Positions 26,590-38,120 are shown, counted from the whole stretch's first letter. The stretch is 63,615 nt of DNA, filler included, from Octopus bimaculoides (GCF_001194135.2; 12 parts of 9 records of this genome joined end to end with filler, not necessarily neighbours in it); one strand, 5' to 3'. The notes: generated from the letters alone by a model not told the origin. Numbers and translations are program-made.

Positions 26590-26715
26590 TTTATCTGTCT
26601 GTTTGTGTGTTTGCAAAATTACTGGAAAACGGTTGAACAGATTTTCACCAAATTTAGTAGAAATACTCATTGGGTGAGTAGCTAGCAATGATAAAAATTT
26701 GGTTTGATTAACTTC
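26590..26715. mobile_element. Possible Helentron/DINE-1-like non-autonomous element remnant
   Basis: tctgtctgtttgtgtgtttgcaaaattactggaaaacggttgaacagattttcaccaaatttagtag resembles the recurring core of such elements; recognised from memory only. Confidence 0.3.
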
Positions 26716-26746
26716 AGATGTATAAAAATACATACATAGATATGCG

Positions 26747-26809
<63 letters not shown>

Positions 26810-26932
26810 GCATGTGTATGAGTGTGTTTGTATGTGTGCAGTGATCAAGATGATGACGATGGTGATGACGTGGATGATGATGGTTAAGGTGGTGTGGCGT
26901 AAAATGTCAGTTATGACGATGATGACGATGAC

Positions 26933-26963
<31 letters not shown>

Positions 26964-27469
26964 GTAATGATGGTGGTGGTGGTGGTGGTTGTGATGGTGA
27001 TGATGAGATAGATTTTCGTTAAATGACGAAGTAATTATTATTCTGATAATTACATTGCTCTTGTGTTATTTTTTGTTTTGTTTGTTTGTTTCTCCCCGCC
27101 CTGTCCCCATTCCTTTTAATTTTACATTTTCTCCGTTGCAAGAGATCCAGCAATCTGGATTGAAATTTGTCTTGTAACGAAATTCCTAATTCCTTATGAA
27201 ATAAACAACGATTCTGTTAAATCTTGCAAATGTAGAAGAATTCGTAACCGGTGCTATTGTAGTAGTAGTAGTAGTAGTAGTAGTAGGTGTTGTTGTTGTT
27301 GTTTTTGTTGTTGCTTAGCTCCAGGTGAGATACGCACAGTGCGCGCGCACATTTGATCAAAAGGGTTTCAAACCATGACGACCCATTATTTTCAAACAGG
27401 ACAACAGAATCCAAGATGAGCCAAACTCTTCCGGTTATCCCTTTTACTCTGCCACACATTCTCCTCACT

Positions 27470-27973
27470 TCCTATTTCCTCTCTTTTTCTCTCTCTCTCT
27501 CTCTCTTTCTCTCTCTCCCTCTCCCTCTTTCTTTCTCCCTCCCTCCATCTCTCTCTTTCCCTCTCTCTCTTTCTCACTCTTTCATTCTCTCTCTCCTTCT
27601 CTCTCCCTCTCTTCTTACTCTCTCTCCCTCTCTTTCTTTCTCTCACTCCTTCTCTCTCATGTTTTATTTTTCTCCCTCTCTCTCTCCTTCTCTAGCTCCC
27701 TCTTTCTCTATTGCCCTCTTCCTCTCTCTCTTTCTCCTTCCATCTCTCTCTTTCTCTTTCTATTTCTCACTCTCTCGTTCTATCTCTTTCTCTCCTTCTC
27801 TATCTCCTTCTCTCCCCTCTCTCACTCTTTCTGTCTCTCCCTCTCCCTCTTTCTCTATCTCTCTTTCTCTCTCTGTCTCTCTCTTTCTTTCTCCCTAAGT
27901 CTTTCTCTTCTCCAGTCTCCTTCACTCATTACTTCTCCTCTTGTCTTATTCTTCTTCCCTTTCTCTCATTCAG

Positions 27974-28010
<37 letters not shown>

Positions 28011-28480
28011 TTCGTTCATTCTTTCGTTTTGCATTCAGTATAAAATCAGAGAAAACAATGAAATTTCATCCTTTCTCTCTCTTTCGCTATTTCTCCTTCT
28101 CTCCCACTGACCCCCTCGCCTACCCTCTCTCATTCTTTCCCTCCCACTTGCTTTTTCTCCTCCTTACTCATTCTTTCACCTCCTCATTTATTCTTCCCTC
28201 TCAGCATTTCCCCGTTTCTCGTTCTCCCACTCCTCCTCTCCCATTGTTTCACGCTTTATTGTCTCTCCTCCTCTTCTCATTCTCTCTCTCATTCTTACTC
28301 TCTCTTTCTCTTTCTCATTCTCCCTCTCTCTTTGTCTTCTCCATTATTTATTTACTTCCCCATACCCACCCCAACATCCTTTTCATTTAATCCCTTCTCT
28401 TTTTCTCTCTATATCTTTCCATTTTCCCCTATTTGTTATCTCCCTTTCCTGTTTCATCTTTTTATTTTCTTTATTACTTT
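27470..28480 (+). repeat. About 1 kb degenerate (CT)n homopyrimidine tract
   Basis: Almost only C/T on the plus strand across 27470-27990, continuing pyrimidine-rich to 28480. Confidence 0.9.
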
Positions 28481-29712
28481 CTAACAAATTATCTTACATA
28501 TTTATTTCATTCACGATATTTTAAACCATACTTTACCCCCATCTCTCTCCCATCTTTCATGTGTTCGGTTTCGACTCCTTATATCTGCTGATAAACGAAG
28601 CCTGGCAATTTATAGACACAAATTCCTCACTTATTAAAAAATAATTTTCTAAAAAAAATTTTCGAAAATTTGGAATTTTCATTGTTATTTTTTCTCTTTT
28701 CAGTTTGTTTAATTTCATATTTATATATATATTTTTTATTATTCCTTGTTTTGTTTTCGAGTTAGAATCGGTTTCTCTTTAAGTTCTTTGCTTAACAATT
28801 TAATAATAATATTATAATGTAATTTACCATAAATTATCGTAAAATTAATATTTTCTTTGCCAAAAAACGAAAAGTAATTTAACCTCGAGGAATTTTTGAA
28901 GAGGTTTCGAAGAGAAGAAAAAGAGAAGAAAGACAAAAGCGAGTCAAAGGATAGCGAGGAAAATGAAAATGAAGAAAATTAATGAAGGAAAAGTTCGGGA
29001 GAAGGAAAGAGACAAACATGGAGACAGATATTTGTGTGGAAGGAAGAATTGGTAAATGAGTTAAGAAGGAATAAAGGAAAGAACGACTTAACAATGTGAA
29101 GGCGGGAATGAAATGAAGAAATGAAGATAAACGGCAATGAGAAAGAGAGAAGTGATGAAAGTGGAAATAAATGAAGCGAGAAAATTGCAGTTGAAAAAGA
29201 AGTGCAAAAAATAGAGAAAGAAATAAAGAAAGAAAGAAGGGATTAGAAATAAATGAATGAAAAGGAGAAAGAATTGAATGAAGTACCAAAGTAAAGAAGA
29301 TGACTAATAAAAGAAGAGCAAGATAAGGAGAGTGACGGTATTTTTTCTATGGAAACGGGGTTTATTTCATTGTATGGGTATAAAGATATAAAGATGAGGT
29401 AAAGTTGATGGAATTGTGTTCAGCTTCCCATTGGTAATTATATTATTTTGAAAGGTATAGCAGTTGCATTCAGAGTATAACTAGATACCATTTGTGAATG
29501 GTTTGTTAATGGTTAATACATGATAGCCAAAAGAATGTGTAGACATTTAATCATCTGCATTTGCCAACATGCAGATGCCAATAAAGTTTAAAAGGAACGA
29601 AAACACACACTCACAAAAGCCGATGCGGTGCATTTTGTTGTTGTTTAAGAGATAAAAACTAACGTTTCAAATGGTGTGTTAATATCTCCTATAACAAAGA
29701 GGGAGAGAGAGA

Positions 29713-29775
<63 letters not shown>

Positions 29776-29814
29776 AATATATCGGTCTCTACATTTAATT
29801 ACAAAGCTACAAAG

Positions 29815-29970
29815 AGACATACCACAAACGCAAGGAGACGAGCTGACAGAATGGTCGGCACGCTGGACAAATTGCTTAGCAGGATTCTTTCTAGTTCTTT
29901 ACGTTCTACGTTCAAATCTTATCGATGTCAAGTTCGCTATTTATTCCTTCTGGGTTGATAAAATCAAGGA
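29815..29970 (+). mobile_element. SINE family B, diverged
   Basis: gagctgacagaa..ggacaaattgcttagcagg..tttacgttctacgttcaaatc..ttattccttctgggttgataaaat. Confidence 0.55.
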
Positions 29971-30701
29971 CTAGTTTATATAATCGAATTTTCCCCTCCG
30001 CTTAAAATTGTTACCCTTGAGCCACGGAACAGGAACCAGGTGATTAGTGCACCACCATGTGGAAGCTAACTGCTCCAAGACACTGATGTACCATCAGGTC
30101 CTATGACAGCTACTGAACTTTTGACTTCTAAGAGACAGGTTGGAATTGTACCAAAGTTGAAGTCGGAGATGAACGATAAAATGTATAGAGAGTTTCTAGG
30201 AGTGGATCTCAACTGGAATCCATTTGGCCCTTGGGGGTCCATATCAGATTTTGTTGATAAAATTTATGTGCAATAAACCGGTGTAATATTTCTACAATGA
30301 ACAAAATATCTTGGACGATTTTTTTTTTTTTTTTTACAATTCGTAATAATACATAACTATAGAAATATAACCCAGGCGTATGAAAAACTGGAGAGGAAAC
30401 TGGAGAGGACACTTCAGTGCTGCTGTCTGCATCTGCGTCACCTGTTAGAGAGAGTGATTGTTCAGGATAAGACTACACAACCACACCAGGAGATGTAAAT
30501 GACATGAAATGTAAAAACCAGACCGGATTATTTTATGCCCAGCTCCATTGTCTCCCAAGACAAAAGGATGCCAAGAACAACAACAATAGAGACATAATAG
30601 TTTGGTTTCTTTTCTAAATATCGAAATTCTACGTCTACCCGAGTGAAATAGAAATCAAAGGAGTCCATAGGAAAGAAATGGTTGACTATCACAAATTTAT
30701 A

Positions 30702-30740
<39 letters not shown>

Positions 30741-30774
30741 TAAGCAATTATATATCCGCTACATATATCCGCTG

Positions 30775-31022
30775 TTGAGGCGTTTGGCTTAGTGGTTAGG
30801 GTATCAGCATCATGATTGTAAGATTGTGGTTTCGATTCCTGGATCGGGTGACGCGATGCATTCTTGAGCAAACCACTTCATTTCACGTTGCTCCAGTCCA
30901 TTCAGCTGGCAAAAATGAGTAACGCTGCGATGGACTGACGTCCGTCCAGCGGGGGAACACATACGCCATTGAAACCGGGAAACCGGTCCCATGAACCTCG
31001 CTAGGTTTGAAAGGGCGCATCT
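30775..31022 (+). mobile_element. tRNA-derived SINE (fourth type)
   Basis: ggcttagtggttagggtatc..ggtttcgattcctggatc head, then ttcttgagcaaaccacttcatttcacgttgctccagtcc and tgcgatggactgacgtccgtccagc. Confidence 0.6.
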
Positions 31023-31305
31023 ATTTTTTATTATATATATCCGCTAAATGGGAACTCTGCAATGGCTTCATAACTACCGTCTCGGCTATAATGTTGGAGC
31101 ACTAGTTATCCGTTACAGTACTTTCCCAGTGTGCCTAATTGTTTAGATCACCTGTGAACTAAACCCCCATACTTTGTGAGTATATATATATATATATATA
31201 TATATNNNNNNNNNNNNNNNNNNNNNNNNNNNNNNNNNNNNNNNNNNNNNNNNNNNNNNNNNNNNNNNNNNNNNNNNNNNNNNNNNNNNNNNNNNNNNNN
31301 NNNNN

Positions 31306-31327
<22 letters not shown>

Positions 31328-31348
<21 letters not shown>

Positions 31349-31870
31349 ATGAGGGTAAGTTGAAAGTAATATGTACTCTTGGTTCTGTAATTTATTAAAA
31401 CAGAAGCAGTAGTTGAAGAATTGCATCATTCTTAGACGTAGACTCCTTGTCTTTCTATGCACTGCTTCCGGCGGTGCAAAAGTTTGCTTATTCCATCGCA
31501 GAATATTTTACGCTCGCAGTACACCCATTTATGCACCGCTTTCCGCGCTTCGCCGTTCGTAGCAAATCGACGACCCCATAAAGAACGTTAGTCGGAAAGA
31601 GTGAGACCTGGTTGTTCTAGCAACACAAAAGCCAACCTTTCAGTTACTTCAGCGTTACGAGTAGCCGTATGTGGGCATGAATTGTCGTGCAGCAAAAGCA
31701 TTTAGTTTCATAATAAACTTAGACGTTTGGTGTGAGTTGCTGGTTTCTGTTTATTGGCCACCCTTTCACTGTCGCCTACAGTGATGACTAGAGACCACAT
31801 TTCCAAGTAATGTTCCAGTAAAGACCCGTTTGCATCTTCCAAAACTGCTAGCATCCTTTTTCTGCGGAAG
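31328..31870 (-). mobile_element. mariner (DD34D) transposase C-terminal fragment with terminal inverted repeat, decayed
   Basis: QPSAEKRMLAVLEDANGSLLEHYLE, LLLHDNSCPHTA, GRRFATNGEARKAVHKW, DGISKLLHRRKQCIERQGVYV*; terminus TA-TGAGGG resembles a CpG-decayed TA-CGAGGG mariner end. Confidence 0.8.
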
Positions 31871-32439
31871 GTTGAATCCTGAATTTCTTTTTCGCTTATG
31901 GATCCGCTATAGACCGCTAAGTAAGGGGAGGGGGTAAAGGTCTATAGCTCTTTTGTCTTAATAACGGTCAACCACACAGTAATTTCCCTTTGTTTAACGG
32001 TCATTTTTCACTTCAATGGCCGGATAACTGAAGAGATGTTGGAGTGGGTTCTCACCCCGGCATCCGAAACTCGGAGTTTTATCATGGCTACCGAATAAGT
32101 GTCACATATTTTTACAGATAAATTCCTCTACATAATATCGAGGTCTCTTTCTTTCTTTTGTTGTCCTTTCTATCAATATATATATATATGTACACACATA
32201 TCTGAATGCCACGTGGCAACTACTATGGCAGCAAGTCCACGAACATGGCAATGAAACAAGTTTCCANNNNNNNNNNNNNNNNNNNNNNNNNNNNNNNNNN
32301 NNNNNNNNNNTTAATTAATTAANNNNNNNNNNNNNNNNNNNNNNNNNNNNNNNNNNNNNNNNNNNNGATGATGCCTTTTGTTTTGTTTATGTCATGAGAG
32401 GGGGCAGGGTGGGAATGGGTGGAAAAGAGGGTGTCATCC

Positions 32440-32590
32440 TTGTTGTGTTTGTCAAGCAATGGTGGGGGGGAGGGGGGACAAACACAGCCACACCTGCACG
32501 CACACATGCACATATATATGACGGGCTTCTTTCAGTTTCCGTCTACCAAATCCACACACACACAGGGCTTTGATCGGTCTGAGGCTATAG
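32440..32590 (-). mobile_element. SINE family A fragment
   Basis: acgggcttctttcagtttccgtctaccaaatcc..gaggctatag is the reverse complement of the family A middle segment. Confidence 0.65.
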
Positions 32591-32811
32591 TGATAGACAC
32601 ATATATATATGTGTGTGTGTTTGCATATATATATATATTTCTACATATCTACTTATACAGACGCACACATGTATACACTTACATGTACATTAATATACAC
32701 AGACACAAAGACATATATACTCACAAACATAGACATATATATATACATACATACAAATACACACACCAAGAAAAGCATGTACACACACATACACATATAT
32801 CCACACAGTAC

Positions 32812-32877
<66 letters not shown>

Positions 32878-33828
32878 GCTTCTGCTGCTGACACCCATTA
32901 CTCTATTGTCCATCAGTGAATGTGGCTCTTGGACACACAGACACAGGACCATTAAGAAGACACTGCCCCTGGACACAGTAATATCTCTTGACTGGCCCCT
33001 GGGGGGGTACTTAACCAGCATATCTGTGGAGCACCTACCTGCATGTATATATAGCTTGGTGTTAACTGGGTGTTTATATTATATAAGGGGTTAGAGTTCA
33101 ACGACAAAGAATATAGACACTGGCACTTGGTGAGGGTGTAAGCTCTATACATACATCTGTGAGTATATGTATATATATGCATGTGTTTATATATATATAT
33201 TTATTTTGAAGTGTGTTGAATATTTAAGGGTGTGTTTTCTGTCCCACCCCTGATCCCTACTTGCAGTCAGATTGTGGTGGTGGTAGTAGTAGTAGCACTG
33301 GTAGTAGTGGTGTTGGCTGTTGTCACCACCACCACTACCATCAACGTCATCATCTTAAATCATCATCATTGCCATAACCATCATTATTGGCAATGCCATC
33401 ATCTTACACCTTCCTCTTCCTTCACCTCCTTCTCCTCTTCATTATCATCATCATCACCACCATCATCATCATTGCCCCTACCTCAACCACTAGGATGGCG
33501 ACCATCCCCACTGCCTTCACCACCACCACCACTAATACAACCATGCCTCTCCCCACCACCACCACCACCAGGCATTCCTCCATTCACTCCAATCCACCCT
33601 GGCCCACCCATATTTATAATTTAACACAACTAATTAAATCAACTTTAATCAACTCTCTCACGTTTCCCTGACATTTTTTCTTTCCTTCTTTTTTTCTTAA
33701 ACAATTAATTAACTTTTAATTGTTTTTTTTATTAGTGTTTATAATTTTTAAAAAATTAAAAATTTTTCTTTTTCCATTATTTAAAACAGAAATTTCATTT
33801 TTTTTTTTCTGTTATGTAAGGCTGAACC

Positions 33829-33985
33829 ATAGCTGTGAGGTAAGAAGCTTGCTTACCAACCACATGATTCCGGGTTCAGTCCCACTGCGTGGCACCTTGG
33901 GCAAGTGTCTTCTACTAGAGCCTCGGGCTGACCAAAACCTTGTGACTGGATTTGGTAGATGGAAACTGAAAGAAGCCCGTCGTAT
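33829..33985 (+). mobile_element. SINE family A, 5' half
   Basis: aagcttgcttaccaaccacatgattccgggttcagtcccactgcgtggcaccttgggcaagtgtcttctactag..ggaaactgaaagaagcccgtcg. Confidence 0.8.
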
Positions 33986-34029
33986 ATATGTATATATATA
34001 TATATATATCTTTTACTCCCACTACACTC

Positions 34030-34185
34030 TCGGAATGGTTGGCTTTAGGAAGGGCATCCAGCTGTAGAAACCTTACCAGATCAGACTGGAGCCTGGTGCA
34101 GCCTCCTGGCTTCCTAGACCCCAGTCAAACCGTCCAACCCATGCCAGCATGGAAAATGGATTTAAATGATGATGATGATGATATA
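34030..34185 (+). mobile_element. SINE-like 3' end with (GAT)n tail
   Basis: ggaagggcatccagctgtagaaacc..ccatgccagcatggaaaatgga..(gat)n; weakly related motifs at 40330-40380 and 40520-40560. Confidence 0.45.
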
Positions 34186-34432
34186 TAAAGATATTTAGCA
34201 TTCATATTACTTTGTGAAATGTAATTGTTATTTATTTGCATTGTTTTGAATTAATGTTTGCATTACCTCATAGCTTTGATGAGGTTATTGCTTATTTTTA
34301 GAATGACATTGTAGGGTAGGTGTGAGAGGCTGGATGTGGCTAGTTTGAACATGAAAAGAAGTTGAATATGGCCAATTTAAATGCTAAAGAGCTAACATTT
34401 TCTCTTTTTTTGTGTTTTTTTTTTTTTGGCAG

Positions 34433-34542
34433 GCTAAACAACATACAAAACTCAGGGTGTGAAGCAGTAATCGCTGAACCGTGACGACCTTCTCTGGAGA
34501 CTGAATATAGACGACAACAACAACAACAAAATGAAAAATAAA
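34433..34542 (+). other. Candidate terminal exon of an unidentified host gene
   Basis: Branch-like CTAAC (34392), about 35-nt T-rich tract, CAG at 34430-34432; phase-2 reading LNNIQNSGCEAVIAEP* (stop 34482-34484); AATAAA at 34537. Confidence 0.4.
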
Positions 34543-35230
34543 CAAAAAAAAAGAACGAACAAAACTAAAGGAAATAACCAACTATATCAACCCCTCCCCC
34601 GAACTTTCTCCGGCTGCAGCTGCAGAGCCTTCGATCCGAATTGTGACATCGTCATAGAGGTGCAACTGCCAGAGAACTGTCACCTGATTGCCCACCTCCC
34701 ACCACTCCAACTCCCTACACCCCGCTCACGCGACAAGCTAACGCTCTGTCTGTCTGTCTGTCTGTTTGTCTGTGTGTTCCACTCTTCTTTCTATCATCTC
34801 TGTCTCTGATTTGAACAGGCATCCATCTACCCCGAAATATTTGGCTTTGTTTTGCTGAGGGGCGGCATGAGAAACGAATAAAGACAAGCTATTACTACTA
34901 CTGCTACTATTATTACTACTACTACTACTACTACTCCTACCAGCACCAACAACATCACCGTCATTTTCAACATTGCCATTACTAGCCGTCAGTTCGACTG
35001 GTGTTCAAACAAGCTCCTTGACTTATGCTGTCCACCCATGCCCACCACTTCAACCCTTTCTTTCCACTCCTTCCTCCTCTATCCTTTCCTAAAACTCCAA
35101 CCCTGACTCCGCTTCCCTAATCCATTTTCTCCTCCCGCTCCGCAAACACATAACCCCCATATGCCCCGCCTAGCCTCCGACTTGGGCCTTTCTGCTTGTC
35201 CCTTTTTTTCTCTGCTCCCAACTCTGACAG

Positions 35231-35239
35231 AAAGTGAAA
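35231..35239 (+). other. Candidate 9-nt microexon or very short terminal exon
   Basis: Pyrimidine tract with two TGC, CAG | AAAGTGAAA | GTAAGA; four AATAAA within 50 nt downstream. Confidence 0.35.
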
Positions 35240-35733
35240 GTAAGATAAAAGAAAAAAAATAAATAAATGCAAATAAAAGGAAATAAACTAGAACGACTGT
35301 AGTGGGCAGCGGCAGAGGATCTCTCCCCATCGACTGAGATGTGTATCGAGATCTGTCACCAGCCCCTGCTCCCTGGGCCCCACCCCCTGGTCCTTTCTCT
35401 TCTCCCTCACCCCCCCATGCCGTGCCGTGCTGTGCTACGCCCTCCTTACAAACTACCGCCACGACCACCACCACTTTGTTTTCGACTCTACTCCACCCCC
35501 TACCTTTCTCTGAAACACCTCAACACATCACAGCATCTAACTAAAACATACATATGTGTATAGATACATGCATATATATATAGATACATATATATATATA
35601 TATATATGCACATATGTGTATATATACATATACACACACACACATATATAAGTTATATATATATATATTGACATAAGATTTTTATGTATATGAATATATA
35701 CTTGTCTATATATGTGTGAGTGTGTATGTTATC

Positions 35734-35772
<39 letters not shown>

Positions 35773-36760
35773 TACATAATACTCTATATCTCTATGTATT
35801 TGTGTATGTGTGTATATGTATATACATATATATTGTATATATATAAAGTACATAAAATTATTTGTGCATATGTGTACATATGTGTGTGTATTTTTACATA
35901 CATACATTTTACACACATATATAATACTTGCTAGTATATATCTATACATGTGTATATATGTATGTATACTTATATCTACAAATATATATATATATATATA
36001 TATACATACATATATATATATACATATACACATATATATAACCAAATTTATGTTAATTTGTATGCGTGTATAAACATACTTATATATATATTTGTATGTA
36101 TGTATGTATGCATGTAAGTATGTGTGTATGCATATATATATGAGATTATAAATATTCTGTGTGTTTGTGTATATAATAATATAAAAAAAACAATATTATT
36201 ACTGTTAATATATGTATGTGTGTGTATATATATATTGAAATAAACATAATACTCTAAACAATTTGATGTGTGTGTGTATATATATATAGATATATATATG
36301 TCTATGTTTGAGTTTTTATATGTAACCATCATCTTCATCATTATTATCATTTTTATGGTTGGGGGTCTTTTCGAACACCAAGCTGTTTTCTTGGCACCAG
36401 CATCAGAGGGGTTGTCTTGCCTTCAGCAAAACTTACGAGACTTCTCAAGCTCTTGAGTTTTGATTTTCCAACTGTAAATAGGTTTGTACTGGGTACATTT
36501 TTTTGTGGTGCTTCTCAACCGTATGGACATGGGTTCGGTCCGATTGTGTGGCACCTTGGGCAGAGAAAATCTCAAGATAGCTGTACAGTAGAAGCTCTTT
36601 GGAGAAGAACCGCCCCTCTCAGACAAGTGTCCTGATGTGCTTTGTAAGATTTATGTGAACGGAAAGCAATATCTCCTCACTGCTGTCCGTCTGAGCACAA
36701 AGTCATATTCAATATGTGGCGGTAAAATAATATATTGGAAAAACATTATATATATATATA

Positions 36761-36925
36761 GGCGCAGGAGTGGCTGTGTGGTAAGTAGCTTGTTTACCAA
36801 CCACATGGTCCCGGGTTCAGTCCCACTGTGTAGCACCTTGGGCAAGTGTCTTCTACTATAGCCTCGGCTGACCAAAGCCTTGTGAGTGAATTTGTTAGAC
36901 GGAAACTGAAAGAAGCCCATTGTGT
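36761..36925 (+). mobile_element. SINE family A, 5' half
   Basis: ggcgcaggagtggctgtgtggtaagtagcttg..gggttcagtccc..gcaccttgggcaagtgtcttc. Confidence 0.8.
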
Positions 36926-36999
36926 GTGTATATATATATATATATATGTACAGAGATTGGACAAAATGGAAACACCTAGCATCATAGCATTATCATTTT

Positions 37000-37345
37000 G
37001 AAATATCTATAAAACCGTCAAAAGCTTGTTTATTTTTATGTTTTTTGATTTATTATTAGTGTTGCTTAATATGTTTTGCTAAAATTGCTGTTTCTTTTCA
37101 GATATCATCAGAAAAAGGTAATTAAAATTCATTAAAATGACAGATCTATCGGACATTGAAAGAGATCAAATTGTTGGTGCTCGTATGGCAGGCGCTAGCG
37201 TAACGAAAGCAGTCAAAATGTTTTGTGTATCTAGAAGTACTGTTTCGAAAGTAATGACAGCTTTTGAGAAAGAGAGAAAAAAACCTTCTCGTCGAAACAA
37301 AACTCTAGAAGAAAACCAAAACTTTCAGATAGGAACCGTCGGACT
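37000..37345 (+). mobile_element. Tc1-like transposase N-terminal HTH fragment, truncated by a SINE
   Basis: ORF from 37137: MTDLSDIERDQIVGARMAGASVTKAVKMFCVSRSTVSKVMTAFEKE; sequence switches to a SINE 3' half near 37346. Confidence 0.8.
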
Positions 37346-37570
37346 CTTACGCGAATTGTTGTGTGTGTGTCTGTCTGTCTGTGTTTGTTCCCCCCACCAT
37401 TGCTTGACAACCGATGTTGATGTGTTTACGTTCCCATAGTTTAGTGGTTCGGCAGAAGAGACCGATAGAATAAGTACTAAGGTTACAAAGAATAGGTCCC
37501 GGGGTCGATTTTGCTCAACTAAAGGCGGTGCTCCAGCATGACCGCAGTCAAATGATTGAAACAATAAAAT
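37346..37570 (+). mobile_element. SINE family A, 3' half
   Basis: ttgcttgacaaccgatgttg..gagaccgatagaataagtact..ggcggtgctccagcatgaccgcagtcaaatgattgaaac. Confidence 0.75.
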
Positions 37571-37929
37571 ATATATATATAAATAAATATATAAGATTCC
37601 GCGGTACACGCGTTTCAAGCTTTATACACGCAGAATCCTTCGTGTCTGGATCAGGACTGACCTAGGATTAAACAACAACTAGAGAGTAATATTAACCATT
37701 ATAATATACTACACATTAAATAATGTAGTCCTAGATACACTACGACTAAAAGGAATGACGGGATGGCCAGGAACGGAAACACATCTCTAATGTGACCTGG
37801 GGCNNNNNNNNNNNNNNNNNNNNNNNNNNNNNNNNNNNNNNNNNNNNTTAATTAATTAANNNNNNNNNNNNNNNNNNNNNNNNNNNNNNNNNNNNNNNNN
37901 NNNCATTTATTTTGAGGAGAATAGGGTGA

Positions 37930-38080
37930 GACTATAACTTCGACCTCAGCCATTGTCTGATACTTATCTTATTGACCCTGAAAGTGATGAAAGGCAACGT
38001 CGACCCAAGCGGAATTTGAACTCAGAATCATTAGCAATCTGTCCGGCGTGCTAACGATTCTGTCAACCCGCCGCCTTAAT
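37930..38080 (-). mobile_element. SINE family B
   Basis: gatgaaaggcaacgtcgacccaagcggaatttgaactcagaa..ccggcgtgctaacgattctgtcaacccgccgcc. Confidence 0.7.
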
Positions 38081-38120
38081 AATAACAATCGTTGTCGTCG
38101 TCGTAGAAGAAGGAAGTGCG

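Noticed and set aside
30350-30450. Minus-strand acceptor with GDADADSSTEVSSPVSSPVFHTPG frame
   Set aside because: No good donor, and the frame relies on a short local duplication; unsupported.
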